Shown here: piece by piece, positions 49,134 through 59,564 of the stretch
Layout: each line of letters begins with the position of its first letter
Position numbering within the stretch: position 1 is the stretch's first letter
Origin: Gammaproteobacteria bacterium
Lineage (GTDB): Bacteria > Pseudomonadota > Gammaproteobacteria > GCA-001735895
DNA length: 64,000 bases
NCBI GenBank assembly: GCA_050298595.1
Contig: JBNKUM010000048.1
Coordinates: 63,843-127,842 of the forward strand
Reading direction: 5' to 3'
The notes under the pieces: model-generated
What the model saw: the letters and a program-made list of their open reading frames with translations, nothing else
Told to the model about the DNA's origin: nothing
The model's database searches: none
Program-made: the position numbers and the translations under genes

Positions 49134-50342
49134 CTAAATCTCGACCGGCAAAAGTGTACGGGGAAGACTCGAAAGCGACTCCAGCCCCTGCGCCGTCATC
49201 ACTACAGTATCTTTGCACTGGGCTTTAAACCCCTCCTCGCGGTCGTAAAAAACAGTTTCGAAACTGGAGACATAATTCTCTTTCCAGCTCCAGCACTCAG
49301 GCCCGCTATTGTTGAGACAGGTATGACCGGACCAATGGGGCGCAAACGCCAACCCCAGAGCATAGCCTCCCACCCACCGGATCCTGTCTTCGGGAATGCA
49401 CAGGCGCACATGGCTGCCGGCTGCGTTCGCCGCTATATCGAGGCCATCCCCCAGCCTCGCCTGGGCCTGGAGTACACTCAAGCTGCTGGCGGCCATGGCG
49501 AGTATTTCCGTTGCGCGGGAACTCACATCTCCCAACGCAAAGGTTCGCGACAAATTGGCGTGATAGCGATCTACTGCAGCGCAGCAATCTATCGCAACAA
49601 TATCCCCTGCCTGCAGCCGGCGCTGAGAGGGTAAGGCGTGTAGATCGCACCAGGCAGTTGGCCCCGAGGAAGTCAGCGGCTGGGCAGCGACATAATCGCT
49701 ACCGAGGGAAATCAACAACGCGCTTAAATGCGCAGACACTTCGAGTTCCGTCATTCCCGGTTTGAGATCCGTCTGCAACCGATTGAAAGCGGTGTCCGCT
49801 ATCAAGCCTGCGCGACGGATTCTGGCGAGCTCCGCCTCGGATTTATAGAGTCGCACGCCATCCACTATCCAATCGCCCGATACCAATCTGGCGCCGGCAT
49901 CATAGAGAAAATCCGCCATTGTATTTATAGCGGGGGCGGCGGGATTGGGCGTTTGACATTCCAAGGCAACGGTGCGCCGCGTCCAACCGCGCTTTTGAAA
50001 CGCCTTCAGTATTGCAGGTTCGACCTTATCGCCATCGAAAAACACAACATCGTCAAGCAGAGCATTAATGCGTTGGCTATGCTCATGCAACGTCCAGTCA
50101 AAAAACACCAGCGCGTCCGGATCGCGGGCGATAGCCACACCCAATGGCAAATGTGGCGGATACCAACCAGTTTCATAGCCAGTGAGATAGAGAATATTCG
50201 CCGGGCTGGTGATATAGAGAACGTCTATTTCCCGCCGTTGCATTGCAACACGAACCCTCTGCTGCCGCACGAGGTATTCATCGAGTTCAAATGGTAATTC
50301 GGAGGGAGTCTTCAATGAATTTGTAACCGGTGAGTTAGTCAT
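49134..50342 (-). CDS. M24 (Xaa-Pro peptidase/creatinase) fold protein with altered metal ligands
   Basis: NILYLTGY, RLYKSEAEL, PGMTELE, YHANLSRTF. Confidence 0.82.
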   Translation of the reverse strand: MTNSPVTNSLKTPSELPFELDEYLVRQQRVRVAMQRREIDVLYITSPANILYLTGYETGWYPPHLPLGVAIARDPDALVFFDWTLHEHSQRINALLDDVVFFDGDKVEPAILKAFQKRGWTRRTVALECQTPNPAAPAINTMADFLYDAGARLVSGDWIVDGVRLYKSEAELARIRRAGLIADTAFNRLQTDLKPGMTELEVSAHLSALLISLGSDYVAAQPLTSSGPTAWCDLHALPSQRRLQAGDIVAIDCCAAVDRYHANLSRTFALGDVSSRATEILAMAASSLSVLQAQARLGDGLDIAANAAGSHVRLCIPEDRIRWVGGYALGLAFAPHWSGHTCLNNSGPECWSWKENYVSSFETVFYDREEGFKAQCKDTVVMTAQGLESLSSLPRTLLPVEI

Positions 50343-50850
50343 AGTTACCTCGTTAACTCTAATTCTGTTTCGTTTAATTGTAATAAACGTTGGCCGTCGC
50401 AAGGCATCTGCGAGCACGTCACATCACAGACAAGAGCGCCCGATCGAAAACTGAAAAGTCATCTAAACCTACGACTGATAACTGACTGGACATCACTGCA
50501 ATACCTCAAGTTATAAAACCGGTTGTAAAACTCTACTAAAAAAATGACAACGCCGGACAAAAAAGCTCCGGCGAAATACAGAATTCGACAAAGAAAGGTT
50601 CTGTAAAAAAAGTTCCCCCTGCGAACATATATTTTTGATTATATCAATCAAGCCAAATTCAACAATATGAACTGTACCAAAAATTCTTGGCTAACATCCA
50701 AACCATAACATATTTTTTCCGACTTCGAGAATCAGCTAGTAAATCACAACAAAAATATCTGTCGACCAAGCGATCGGGAGTTGAATATTTTGAAAAAAAA
50801 TAAAGTTATTTGATGATAAACACGTAAACTATAATAAGAATTTTTTTACT

Positions 50851-50886
50851 TTAAGAACGGGCACGGAATAACTTCCGGTTCCTAAG
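50851..50886. repeat. Single arm of the GCACG(G/A)AATAACTTCC repeat family
   Basis: ttaagaacgggcacggaataacttcc, matching the left arm at 51636. Confidence 0.8.
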
Positions 50887-50889
50887 GCA

Positions 50890-51429
50890 TCAAAACAACC
50901 GAATCGCCGGAAACGCCGGAAACGCCGGCAGTGCCGGCCCACTGTGCCCGACATGGTTGAGTAACAGGGTGGAAATTTTCCAGCCGGGATCGGTAACCAT
51001 TCCCGAGATGATGAACACGCGAGGCGTCTGTTGTATTTCCGGCGCTAGACTGATAAATGCCCAGCCGATAGCCGGATTGTTCGGTACGCTGTGGAAAATG
51101 CCCTCCTCAACGACACTCCAGCCATTGGTAATTTTGTACGCTCCTTCAACGCCCGCTTTATCGGGAGCAAAGGTAAAAGTAATGTAGTTGAGACTGAATG
51201 GTTTCTCACCCCAAAAATATGTGCCTTCGAGGCCGGCAAGGGTCTGTATGTCGGTGGGACCATGCCATCCGGTTGCGCCCCACGTCAACCCTACCACTCC
51301 GTTGAATTGTGAATCGAGCTTGTCTATCGATGAAACCGGTAATCCGCCGGCACGGATCGCGTTTTCTATGGTTTTAACATCCACTTCTTTCTCTAAACTT
51401 CCGGGTTTTAAAGGTCTGTAACTTGTCAT
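50890..51429 (-). CDS. Hypothetical protein, about 179 aa
   Basis: AGGAG RBS and long ORF; no recognised motif. Confidence 0.65.
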   Translation of the reverse strand: MTSYRPLKPGSLEKEVDVKTIENAIRAGGLPVSSIDKLDSQFNGVVGLTWGATGWHGPTDIQTLAGLEGTYFWGEKPFSLNYITFTFAPDKAGVEGAYKITNGWSVVEEGIFHSVPNNPAIGWAFISLAPEIQQTPRVFIISGMVTDPGWKISTLLLNHVGHSGPALPAFPAFPAIRLF

Positions 51430-51635
51430 GAACATTGGTCTCCTGATGAAAGAATGTTTCGCGCCCCAAAATAAACATCCGACCTCAGTGGTCCCAACAC
51501 GTTCTCACTCAACAGTTATATCGTGCGTGGTCTTTAAGCCCTACATAAGGAGCCTATGGAAGGTTGATTCCAATCTTAAAGCACGAGCATCATCATCCAT
51601 TTCAACACTGAAAAACTCAGCCGTTTTTCCTGTAA

Positions 51636-51828
51636 CTAAGGAACGGGCACGGAATAACTTCCCCTTTTTATTTTATAGAGAGTCGGTTTTGAGGCGCCCG
51701 TTTGGCTAGGCGCAAAAACTTTAGGCTTGGTGGGCCTACGTCGAGTTTTTGCAACGACGCCAGGCGGGATGCATCGGAAGCGACTCTCTATAAAACAAAA
51801 AGGGGAAGTTATTTCGTGCTTAGTCTAA
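51636..51828. repeat. MITE/REPIN-like palindromic element, full copy
   Basis: About 40-bp inverted arms gcacggaataacttcccctttttattttatagagagtcg / cgactctctataaaacaaaaaggggaagttatttcgtgc. Confidence 0.88.
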
Positions 51829-52670
51829 CGTGGCGACAACACGCTTTGCGTTTGCTCTCCCAAACCGGCAATTCCCAAGCTAATTTCGTCACCAACTTGC
51901 AGATACACTGGCGGATTTTGCCCCATCCCCACGCCGGGCGGAGTGCCGGTTGAAATAATGTCACCCGGCTGCAGGCTCATAAACTGACTTAGATAAGAGA
52001 TCACGCGCGCTGGCCCAAACACCATATTTCTGGTGTTGGAGTTTTGATACATTTTACCGTTGACACTCAGCCAGAGATCGAGATCCAATGGATCGGCCAC
52101 TTCATCGGCGGTAACCAGATACGGGCCTATGGGACCGAAGGTATCGCACCCCTTCCCCTTGTCCCACTGCCCTCCGCGTTCAAGCTGAAAACGACGCTCG
52201 GAGACATCATTCACAGTGCAATAACCAGCGATATATTTTTCCGCATCGGTTTCATCGACATAGCGTGCCTCGCGGCCAATCACCACCCCCAATTCCACTT
52301 CCCAATCCAGCTTATCCGAGCCGCGCGGTTTGACGATGCCGTCGTTGGGTCCGGTAATGGCGCTTGTGGCTTTCATAAACACCACAGGTTCGGCGGGAAC
52401 TTCCTGACCGGTCTCCCGACAGTGGTCCAAATAGTTGAGACCGATACAGATAAATTTACCGACGGCGCCGACACAGGGACCAATTCGGGGTGCAGCACTA
52501 ACGACTGGAAGGGTTTCGATATCCAGCGCGCGAATTTTTTTCAGCGTTTCAGGTTGCAAACCAGGGCCGGAAATATCATCCAACACCGCACTTAAATCGC
52601 GGATCCGTTGGTCGGTATCAAGCATTCCGGGACGCTCCCGGCCGGGTTCGCCGTAACGAAGTAATTTCAT
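51825..52670 (-). CDS. Fumarylacetoacetate hydrolase family protein (diketo-deoxy sugar acid hydrolase-like)
   Basis: CIGLNY, DWEVEL, NDVSER, GKGCDTF, TGTPPGVG. Confidence 0.93.
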   Translation of the reverse strand: MKLLRYGEPGRERPGMLDTDQRIRDLSAVLDDISGPGLQPETLKKIRALDIETLPVVSAAPRIGPCVGAVGKFICIGLNYLDHCRETGQEVPAEPVVFMKATSAITGPNDGIVKPRGSDKLDWEVELGVVIGREARYVDETDAEKYIAGYCTVNDVSERRFQLERGGQWDKGKGCDTFGPIGPYLVTADEVADPLDLDLWLSVNGKMYQNSNTRNMVFGPARVISYLSQFMSLQPGDIISTGTPPGVGMGQNPPVYLQVGDEISLGIAGLGEQTQSVLSPR

Positions 52671-52695
52671 GGATTTATCCTACAAATATTATTTG

Positions 52696-52735
52696 GCTGC
52701 AAGCGTCTCTCAGTTGCTGCAAGCGTCTCTCAGTT
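52696..52735. repeat. 20-bp tandem duplication at the SDR stop codon
   Basis: gctgcaagcgtctctcagtt repeated twice. Confidence 0.9.
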
Positions 52736-53455
52736 GCTCCAGCCGCCATCGATAATGTGAACCGCGCCGGTGGTGAAAGCCGATTCATCAGAGGCGAGAT
52801 AGAGCGCCAGGCTGGCGATCTCGGCAGCGGCTCCCAATCGCCCCATGGGCTGGCGGGCCACAAACGCCTTGTGCGCCGACTCATAATCACCGCTTTGTTC
52901 CAGCCGCTGCCGCAGCGACGGCGTCTGCACGGTACCGGGGCAGATGGCATTGGATCGAATCCCCTCGGTAACAAAGTCAGCAGCCACGGCCTTGGTCAAC
53001 CCGATCACCGCCGCTTTGGTCATACCATAGGCGCAGCGGTTAGGCACTCCTTTCACTGAGCTTGCTACCGAGGACATATTGATAATCGAGCCGCCGCCCG
53101 CCGCCACCATACCCGGAATAAACGCGCGCAGGGTATAGAACATGGAGTTGATATTGATATCGATGGAACGCTGCCAGTGATCTTCATCGCAGTCGAGAAT
53201 GGTGCCGGTGTGCACATATCCCGCGCAGTTGAAGAGGATATTCACCTCCCCCAGCTGCTCCGCCAGCCGTTTAATCGCCACCGGGTCCGTGACATCGAGC
53301 ACGGCGGTTTCACAGCTCAGATCCGCGAGCGCATCGCCGTTGATATCCGTCGCCATCACCCGCGCGCCCTCGGCGATAAACCGCTCGGCGGTCGCCCTGC
53401 CGATGCCCTGGCCGGCGGCGGTGATAAATGCAGTTTTGCCATCGAGTTTTGCCAT
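52730..53455 (-). CDS. SDR, 2-keto-3-deoxy-L-fuconate dehydrogenase-like
   Basis: TAAGQGIG, LFNCAG, YGMTK, AICPGTV, DGGW. Confidence 0.9.
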   Translation of the reverse strand: MAKLDGKTAFITAAGQGIGRATAERFIAEGARVMATDINGDALADLSCETAVLDVTDPVAIKRLAEQLGEVNILFNCAGYVHTGTILDCDEDHWQRSIDININSMFYTLRAFIPGMVAAGGGSIINMSSVASSVKGVPNRCAYGMTKAAVIGLTKAVAADFVTEGIRSNAICPGTVQTPSLRQRLEQSGDYESAHKAFVARQPMGRLGAAAEIASLALYLASDESAFTTGAVHIIDGGWSN

Positions 53456-53496
53456 AACCTTCTATCCACTAGTGTATCAGCCCTTATTTATTGCAT

Positions 53497-54744
53497 TTAG
53501 CCAGTTGCCGGCAGGCACGCCGGACCGATAGGTTCAAACACTTTGTAAGTGAGAATAAATTCCTGGTGTCCCAGGTTTTCCGAACAGCTGCGGGCGCCCC
53601 GTGCCACCGCCAGCAGGTGCTGATAAATTTCCTCACCGACCTCGTCCAGACTCGCCTGCCCGGACAAAATCCGGCCGGCATCGATATCCATGTCTTCGCT
53701 GAGACGGGCGTAGGTTTCCGGGTTGGCGCAGATTTTAATCACCGGGGAAATCGCCGAGCCCACCACCGAACCGCGCCCGGTGGTAAACAGTGTGAGATGG
53801 CAGCCGCAGGCAATCATCTCGACAATCTCGGCGTTATCAGAGATATTCGGGAAGCCGAACCGGGGCTCGCCATCGGGTACCACGTCCAGCAGATACAACC
53901 CGCCTGCCGGCGGCCTATCGCCCGGTTTAAGCAGACCGCTGATTTTTGAAGATCCCGATTTGGAATAAGCGCCCATTGATTTTTCTTCCTGGGTCGTCAG
54001 TCCGCCGTCGGCGTTGCCCGGAGCAAAACTGCCAAAGCCCATGGTACGGTAATAACGTTCCGCTTTCTCCACACAGGTTTGGATCAATGCCCCCAGCTCC
54101 GGGGTAGCAGCGCGCTCGGCCATAATGTCTTCACAGCCGATCAACTCCCCGGTCTCCTCGAAAATACAGGCAGCGTTTTGCGCAACCAAGGTGTCAAAAC
54201 AGCGTCCCACCGCCGGGTTGGCGGTAATACCGCTGGTGCCGTCACTGCCGCCGCAAATCGTGCCCACAACCAGTTCATCAATAGCCATGGGAACGGTTTT
54301 TTGCGCCGCCAGTTCGCCGCGCATCGCGGTGACAGCTTCGATACCCCGGGCCACAGTGGCGGCGGTGCCGCCCTGCTCCTGAATCACCAACAGTGACACC
54401 GGGCGACCGCTGTCCGCTATCACCGCCTGCAGGGCCTCGCGGTCCATGCTTTCACAACCCAGCGACACCAGTAACACAGCACCCACATTGGGGTGGGTAC
54501 ACACGGCCCGCATTATGCGGGTGGCATAATCATTCGGATAACAGCCGGGGAAACCGATCAGATGCACATCCTGCGTATCAAAATGGTTGACGATGCGACG
54601 GCTGACATGGTGGGCGCATTCAACCAGGTACGCCACCGCCACCACATTGCGAATACCCTTGCGGCCGTCGCAGCGCAGGTAACCCGCCAGGGCCCCGGCG
54701 CCATCGTGGTGAATTTCAGTATTCCTATCAGTCATCTCGCTCAT
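53497..54744 (-). CDS. UxaA/GarD-family sugar acid dehydratase, large subunit
   Basis: GRKGIRN, HPNVG..LGCE, CGGSDG, GNADGGLTTQEEKS, FTTGRGS. Confidence 0.92.
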   Translation of the reverse strand: MSEMTDRNTEIHHDGAGALAGYLRCDGRKGIRNVVAVAYLVECAHHVSRRIVNHFDTQDVHLIGFPGCYPNDYATRIMRAVCTHPNVGAVLLVSLGCESMDREALQAVIADSGRPVSLLVIQEQGGTAATVARGIEAVTAMRGELAAQKTVPMAIDELVVGTICGGSDGTSGITANPAVGRCFDTLVAQNAACIFEETGELIGCEDIMAERAATPELGALIQTCVEKAERYYRTMGFGSFAPGNADGGLTTQEEKSMGAYSKSGSSKISGLLKPGDRPPAGGLYLLDVVPDGEPRFGFPNISDNAEIVEMIACGCHLTLFTTGRGSVVGSAISPVIKICANPETYARLSEDMDIDAGRILSGQASLDEVGEEIYQHLLAVARGARSCSENLGHQEFILTYKVFEPIGPACLPATG

Positions 54745-55124
54745 TCGCTCTCACTTCGGTTAATGCCCTTGCGGGTATGGCTGGCCAGGTAATCACTGCG
54801 CATATTGTGCAGATGGACCCACTCTCCGACCGCGACCGCACGCGTCATCGAACCAATGGCAGCGCCGTACCTGATAACCTTATCCCCCTTGGTCAGGTCG
54901 CTGCGGGCGACTTTGTGGCCAAGGGCCACGGCCTGCCGCAACCGATATGGGCGACCCTCAATACAGATCTCGCTGCCAGCGGCTATGCTTTCAACGGCAA
55001 TCAGTACATTGTCATCGGGATGCAGTAAAATCACTTTTCGCGACGATTCACTCGGGGTTGATTCTGTTGACGTTGACTCTGTTGACGTTGACTCTGTAGA
55101 CATAGATGCACGGGTGCTGGACAT
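54741..55124 (-). CDS. UxaA SAF-domain small subunit
   Basis: LHPDDNV, GHKVA, VIRYG, GEWVHLHN; N-terminal STEST repeats. Confidence 0.9.
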   Translation of the reverse strand: MSSTRASMSTESTSTESTSTESTPSESSRKVILLHPDDNVLIAVESIAAGSEICIEGRPYRLRQAVALGHKVARSDLTKGDKVIRYGAAIGSMTRAVAVGEWVHLHNMRSDYLASHTRKGINRSESE

Positions 55125-55137
55125 ACAACTCCAAACC

Positions 55138-56226
55138 TCAATATTTTATTTCAAACCCTCCCGCAGCCGCTGGATACGGCGGCAAGGGTGCCAGTTCATC
55201 GATCAGATTGCGCTCGAGCAGACACTGCCAGAACGCCTCCGGTATCGGCCAATCCATCCATGTTTTAGCCTGCTGTACCTGTGCTTCGCTGGCCAACCCG
55301 GCAACAACAGAGGCGATCTGCGGATGGGCGGCGGGAAACTGCAACGCCGCCGCGGCCAACGGCACGGCAAAGGCTTCGCAGACCGCCTCCAGAGCCGCCA
55401 CCCGCTCGACAATCGTCGCTGGCGCCGGCTCGTAATTATAGTAGTGCTGCCCACTGTGCCGCTCGCCCACGCCAGTAGCCAAAATCCCCGAATTAAAGGG
55501 ACCTCCCAATACCACGGAAACCCCGGCGCGGGCACAGCGGGGCAGGAAGCTGTGACAGGCCCCCTGCTCCAGCAGTGTGTAGCGACCGGCAAGCAAAAAC
55601 ACATCCAGTTCCAGCTCATCGAGGGCTTGTTCACAAACCTGCCACTCGTTGGTGCCGAGCCCAATGGCGTCCACCAGGCCGGCGCGTTTCAATTCGCACA
55701 GCGCGCGATAGCCGCCTTCAGTGAAAATTTTCCACTGCCGCCGATGCTCGCTTCGGTGGACCACCGCACCCAGATCGTGAGCATAGAGAAGCCCTAGCTG
55801 AGGGCATTGTAAACGCCCCAGACTCTCCTCGAACGAACGCATCACCCCGTCGTAGCTGTAATCGAATAGGGGCTCCAGATCAGGGGTATCGGCAAATCCG
55901 TGACGCACGCTTTTCGGGGCCTCCCCTGACGGCGCCAGGGGCCGCAGCAAGCGGCCTACTTTAGTCGATAAAACCACATCTTCAGCGCCGCCCCGGGCCA
56001 GTTCAAAGCCCAGTCGCGATTCGCTCAAACCAAAACCGTAATAGGGTGCGGTGTCGAAATATTTAAATCCCAGATCCAGCGCCGAGCGCACTGCCCTATG
56101 CGCCTCCTCTGCCGGCACCGGTCGATAAAGGTTGCCAATCGGCGCGGCCCCAAAACCCAGCAGGGGAACACGAATACCGCTACAGCCGAGAGAACGTCGC
56201 TGCTGGGAAAGCGCTGCTAAAGACAC
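55138..56226 (-). CDS. Aldo/keto reductase, L-fucose/L-galactose dehydrogenase-like
   Basis: GFGAAPIGNLY, FDTAPYYGFG, STKVGR, FDYSYDG, LAGRYTLLEQ. Confidence 0.9.
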   Translation of the reverse strand: MSLAALSQQRRSLGCSGIRVPLLGFGAAPIGNLYRPVPAEEAHRAVRSALDLGFKYFDTAPYYGFGLSESRLGFELARGGAEDVVLSTKVGRLLRPLAPSGEAPKSVRHGFADTPDLEPLFDYSYDGVMRSFEESLGRLQCPQLGLLYAHDLGAVVHRSEHRRQWKIFTEGGYRALCELKRAGLVDAIGLGTNEWQVCEQALDELELDVFLLAGRYTLLEQGACHSFLPRCARAGVSVVLGGPFNSGILATGVGERHSGQHYYNYEPAPATIVERVAALEAVCEAFAVPLAAAALQFPAAHPQIASVVAGLASEAQVQQAKTWMDWPIPEAFWQCLLERNLIDELAPLPPYPAAAGGFEIKY

Positions 56227-56236
56227 AAATCAACCT

Positions 56237-56273
56237 TTTTATATTTGAAAAACTTATTACAAGTAAAAATAAA
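56237..56273. promoter_or_regulatory. AT-rich dyads, candidate IclR operator
   Basis: ttttatatttgaaaa upstream of the AKR gene resembles tttatatgtaaaa and tttatatttaaaa upstream of fucP. Confidence 0.35.
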
Positions 56274-56364
56274 TTTATCGTCGATGTCAACAGATTCCTG
56301 TACTTATAGAAATTAGCTTTATAAAACACAGCGTAGAATCTCAATAACCCGGGCTATTGAGACG

Positions 56365-56445
56365 TTAAGGAACGTGCACGAAATAACTTCCGGCCCCTTT
56401 ATCAGTAATAAAAAGGGGCCGGAAGTTATTTCGTGCACGTCTAAG
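56365..56445. repeat. Short copy of the palindromic repeat family
   Basis: Perfect 29-bp inverted repeat acgtgcacgaaataacttccggccccttt / aaaggggccggaagttatttcgtgcacgt. Confidence 0.9.
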
Positions 56446-56467
56446 GAGACGAAATGGATTCAGAGAA

Positions 56468-57298
56468 TTATTCGACGTAATTCTGTCCCGACAGCGCCGT
56501 GGAAATTTTTTGCGCAGCCGTTTTAAGGTTTTCGATCGCCTCTTCGATATTGCAGACCAGGGGACTAAAGTTGACAAAGGGCACTGTCAGCGCCGCCACC
56601 GCCCCGTGGGCGCCCAAAATTGGCGCCGATATGTCTGTTACACCCTCCACAAAGTCGCTGGCGGTGCGCACATACCCCTTTTCCACGGCTGCCTCTGCCC
56701 GCCGGATAAACGCCTGCAGCGCCGCGGGCTCCTCCTCTTTAAGCTCATCGAGAATTGCGCGGCGCCCCTCAGGCGGCTGAAATCCGAGCAAAGTCTGACC
56801 CGATGTGGCCTGAAGCAGCGGCCGCCGATAGCCCACACGGACTGAAAACCCCAGATCACACGGACTCTCCACCCGCGCCACCACCACTATCTGGTCACCG
56901 GAAGCCACTACCAGGTGGCAGGACTGGCCAATCTCCCGCACCAGTTCCGACATAACCGGCAATGCCGCTTCCAGCAGCGTGCGAGTCGGCGTCCGGGCAA
57001 GCCCCAGGGTGAATAGCTTATTGGTCAGGGTGTAGCCTTCGCCTCCTTCGTCGGCCTGAGCGATATACCCTCTCTGTTCCAGCACCATCATCATGCGAAA
57101 TAATTCGCTGACAGAGCGATTGAGCCTGGTGGCGATTTGCGAAGCGGTCAGAGGTTTCGGCACCGCCGCCAACAGTTCGAGTATGTCCAGGCCCTTCTCC
57201 AGCGCCGGCGCCTTGTAGCGATTCCCCGCCTCGGCGGCACCAGCGCCGGTGGACACTTTTTTGTCGGATTTTTCAATGACGGTGGTTTTCTCAATCAT
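56468..57298 (-). CDS. IclR family regulator
   Basis: YKAPALEKGLDILELLA HTH, QSCHL, GVTDISAPI. Confidence 0.93.
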   Translation of the reverse strand: MIEKTTVIEKSDKKVSTGAGAAEAGNRYKAPALEKGLDILELLAAVPKPLTASQIATRLNRSVSELFRMMMVLEQRGYIAQADEGGEGYTLTNKLFTLGLARTPTRTLLEAALPVMSELVREIGQSCHLVVASGDQIVVVARVESPCDLGFSVRVGYRRPLLQATSGQTLLGFQPPEGRRAILDELKEEEPAALQAFIRRAEAAVEKGYVRTASDFVEGVTDISAPILGAHGAVAALTVPFVNFSPLVCNIEEAIENLKTAAQKISTALSGQNYVE

Positions 57299-57353
57299 TC
57301 AGTAATCGGCCCAATTTGGTCAGCGAAGGCCGGAACTCACCGGCACCAGATCA

Positions 57354-58190
57354 TTACTGCGGCTCCAGACCGTAAAATCTGAGCGCATTGGTACAAAATA
57401 CGGCCTGCTGGGATTCCGGCGCCTGCTCCCGCACCAGCCGCCGGCTCAACGACAACCAGTGGCCATAGTCGGCCGCCAGATTCACCACCGGCCAGTCGCT
57501 GCCCCAGAGAATTCTCTGCGCACCAAAGACCTGGAAAATATACTCCACGTAGGGCACGAGCGCCGTATCCCCCTGGCCAACGTCCATTTCCGTCAGCAGC
57601 CCCGACAACTTGCAGCACACATTGGGGCACTCGGCCAGGCGCGCCACAGCATCGACCCAGCGCTGCCACTCGCCGCCGGCAATATCCGGTTTGGCGGCGT
57701 GGTCGAGCACAATTCTAAGCCCCGGGTAACGGCGGGCCAGCGAATGAATACTCGGCAGATGGCGCGAGTATACCAGAGCATCAAAGCGCAGTTGAAAGTC
57801 ACTCATCGCCGCCAGGGCACCGGCCAGCGCCGGCTGAAGAATCCAGTCGTCCGCCGCCAGATTTTGCAGCATCGGCCGCAACCCGCACAGTCGCGGCTGC
57901 GATGCCAACTCGGCGATACGAGCCAGAACCCCGTCCGCCGACAGATCCACCCAACCCACAACCCCCAGTATCCAGTCGTGCCCGGCGGCCAGTCGCAGCA
58001 GGTAATCCGTATCGGCATCACTGGGCTGGGACTGCACCAGCAGCGCACCTGTCACCCCGTGCGCAGTCGCTTGAGCCCGCCAGTCATCGGGACTGAAATC
58101 ACGGTAGATGGGAGCGAGTTCCCGGCCTGGCCAGGCGCACTCGGGACGCGCCAAGTCCCAACAATGCTGATGGGCATCGATAATACGCAT
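57354..58190 (-). CDS. Amidohydrolase, L-fuconolactonase-like
   Basis: True start MRIIDAHQHCW; GVVGW, LDHAAKP, CKLSGL, WGSDWPV. Confidence 0.92.
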   Translation of the reverse strand: MRIIDAHQHCWDLARPECAWPGRELAPIYRDFSPDDWRAQATAHGVTGALLVQSQPSDADTDYLLRLAAGHDWILGVVGWVDLSADGVLARIAELASQPRLCGLRPMLQNLAADDWILQPALAGALAAMSDFQLRFDALVYSRHLPSIHSLARRYPGLRIVLDHAAKPDIAGGEWQRWVDAVARLAECPNVCCKLSGLLTEMDVGQGDTALVPYVEYIFQVFGAQRILWGSDWPVVNLAADYGHWLSLSRRLVREQAPESQQAVFCTNALRFYGLEPQ

Positions 58191-59497
58191 TATCGGCCGA
58201 CCGCCGCGCTGGCGCGGGCAAAAGCCGACACCACGATAAAGCAAACCAGCGGCACCACCACCGCAATGTGGATCGCCGTCAGATCCGACACAAACCCCAT
58301 TAACGCGGTGAGCAAAGCTCCGCCGATAATCGCCATAATCAGTAACGCCGAACCGGCCTTGCTCAGCGGGCCCAACCCCTTTATCGTCAGGGCAAAAATG
58401 GTTGGAAACATCAGTGACATGAAAAAACTTGTCGCCGCCAGAGCCACCATACCGAGCAGGTCTGGAGACAGAATCGCCACCAGACACAGCGCGACATTGA
58501 CCACCGCATACCCCAGCATCAATCGCGCCGGGGCGATAAACCCCATCAGAGCAGTGGCGACAAAGCGGCCAATCATAAACAGTACCAGCGACCAGGTCAG
58601 CCAGGTGGCCAGGGATTTTTCCCCCGCGCCGGGCAATGCCTGCTGGCCGTAGCGGATCATAAAACTCCACACACAGACCTGGGCGCCGACATAGAAAAAC
58701 TGCGCCGCGACACCGAACACGTAATGGCGCCGTTGCAACAACGCTTTAAAATCCGCCAGCCGCATCACTGCGCCGGACTCCTCGTGGCCTTTGGCCAGCG
58801 GCGGAAACCGCGTCAGCAGCACCAGTAACGCCCAAAACAACACCACCCCGGCAATGACCAGGTAAGGTCCCTGTACCGCCTGCACTTCGGTGGCATAGAA
58901 AGCGCTCAACTGCGCCGGCGTCATCGCTTCCAGTTGCGCCGGGGTGGGTTCGATTCCCGAAAGAATATATTCGCGCCCGGCCAGCACACCGGAGATAGTC
59001 CCCAGTGAATTAAACGACTGGGCGAAATTAAGTCGCCGCTCCGCAGAAGCCGCATCGCCCATGGCAATAATCAGCGGGTTGGCGGAGGTTTCCAGAAACG
59101 CCAGCCCACTGGCGATAACAAACAGCGCGGCAAGGAAATAACTGTATTGATGCGCCTGCGCAGCGGGATAAAACAGCAGCGCGCCGCAGCCGTAGAGCAG
59201 CAGACCAAATATAACAGCCACTTTGTAACCGAAGCGTTTCATCGCCAGGGCGGCGGGAATGGCGAACGTGAAATAGCCAAAATAAAACGCCGACTGCACA
59301 AGCCCCGATTCAAAATCAGTCAAAACAAAGACTTTTTTAAACTGGGCGATCAAAATATCATTGAGGTTGTTGGCCACACCCCACATAAAAAACAGGGCGA
59401 CAATCAGCAACAATGGCAGCCAAACGGCGATCCCCTTCCAGGGTATAGCCCGATTGCTATCGCTATTGTAGGCCTTGTTATGATAGGTATTATTCAT
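58190..59497 (-). CDS. fucP: L-fucose:H+ symporter
   Basis: LFFMWG, LVQSAFYFGY, LETSANP, RRLNFAQSFN, QFFYVGAQ, SLMFPTIF. Confidence 0.93.
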   Translation of the reverse strand: MNNTYHNKAYNSDSNRAIPWKGIAVWLPLLLIVALFFMWGVANNLNDILIAQFKKVFVLTDFESGLVQSAFYFGYFTFAIPAALAMKRFGYKVAVIFGLLLYGCGALLFYPAAQAHQYSYFLAALFVIASGLAFLETSANPLIIAMGDAASAERRLNFAQSFNSLGTISGVLAGREYILSGIEPTPAQLEAMTPAQLSAFYATEVQAVQGPYLVIAGVVLFWALLVLLTRFPPLAKGHEESGAVMRLADFKALLQRRHYVFGVAAQFFYVGAQVCVWSFMIRYGQQALPGAGEKSLATWLTWSLVLFMIGRFVATALMGFIAPARLMLGYAVVNVALCLVAILSPDLLGMVALAATSFFMSLMFPTIFALTIKGLGPLSKAGSALLIMAIIGGALLTALMGFVSDLTAIHIAVVVPLVCFIVVSAFARASAAVGR

Positions 59498-59564
59498 TCG
59501 ACCTCCGCCATATCCGCTGGCTGTTGTTATTTTATTTCTATACTGCCTGTATACCACAGCTCCA

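Noticed and set aside
50635-50647. FNR-like TTGAT..ATCAA
   Set aside because: The spacer is 3 bp rather than the required 4
54805-55797. 330-aa plus-strand ORF and other long antisense ORFs (57459-58652, 44592-45317)
   Set aside because: They are shadows of well-supported opposite-strand genes in GC-rich DNA and have no motifs
58191-58670. N-terminal extension of the 438-aa ORF
   Set aside because: It overlaps fucP in another frame; the real lactonase starts at 58190
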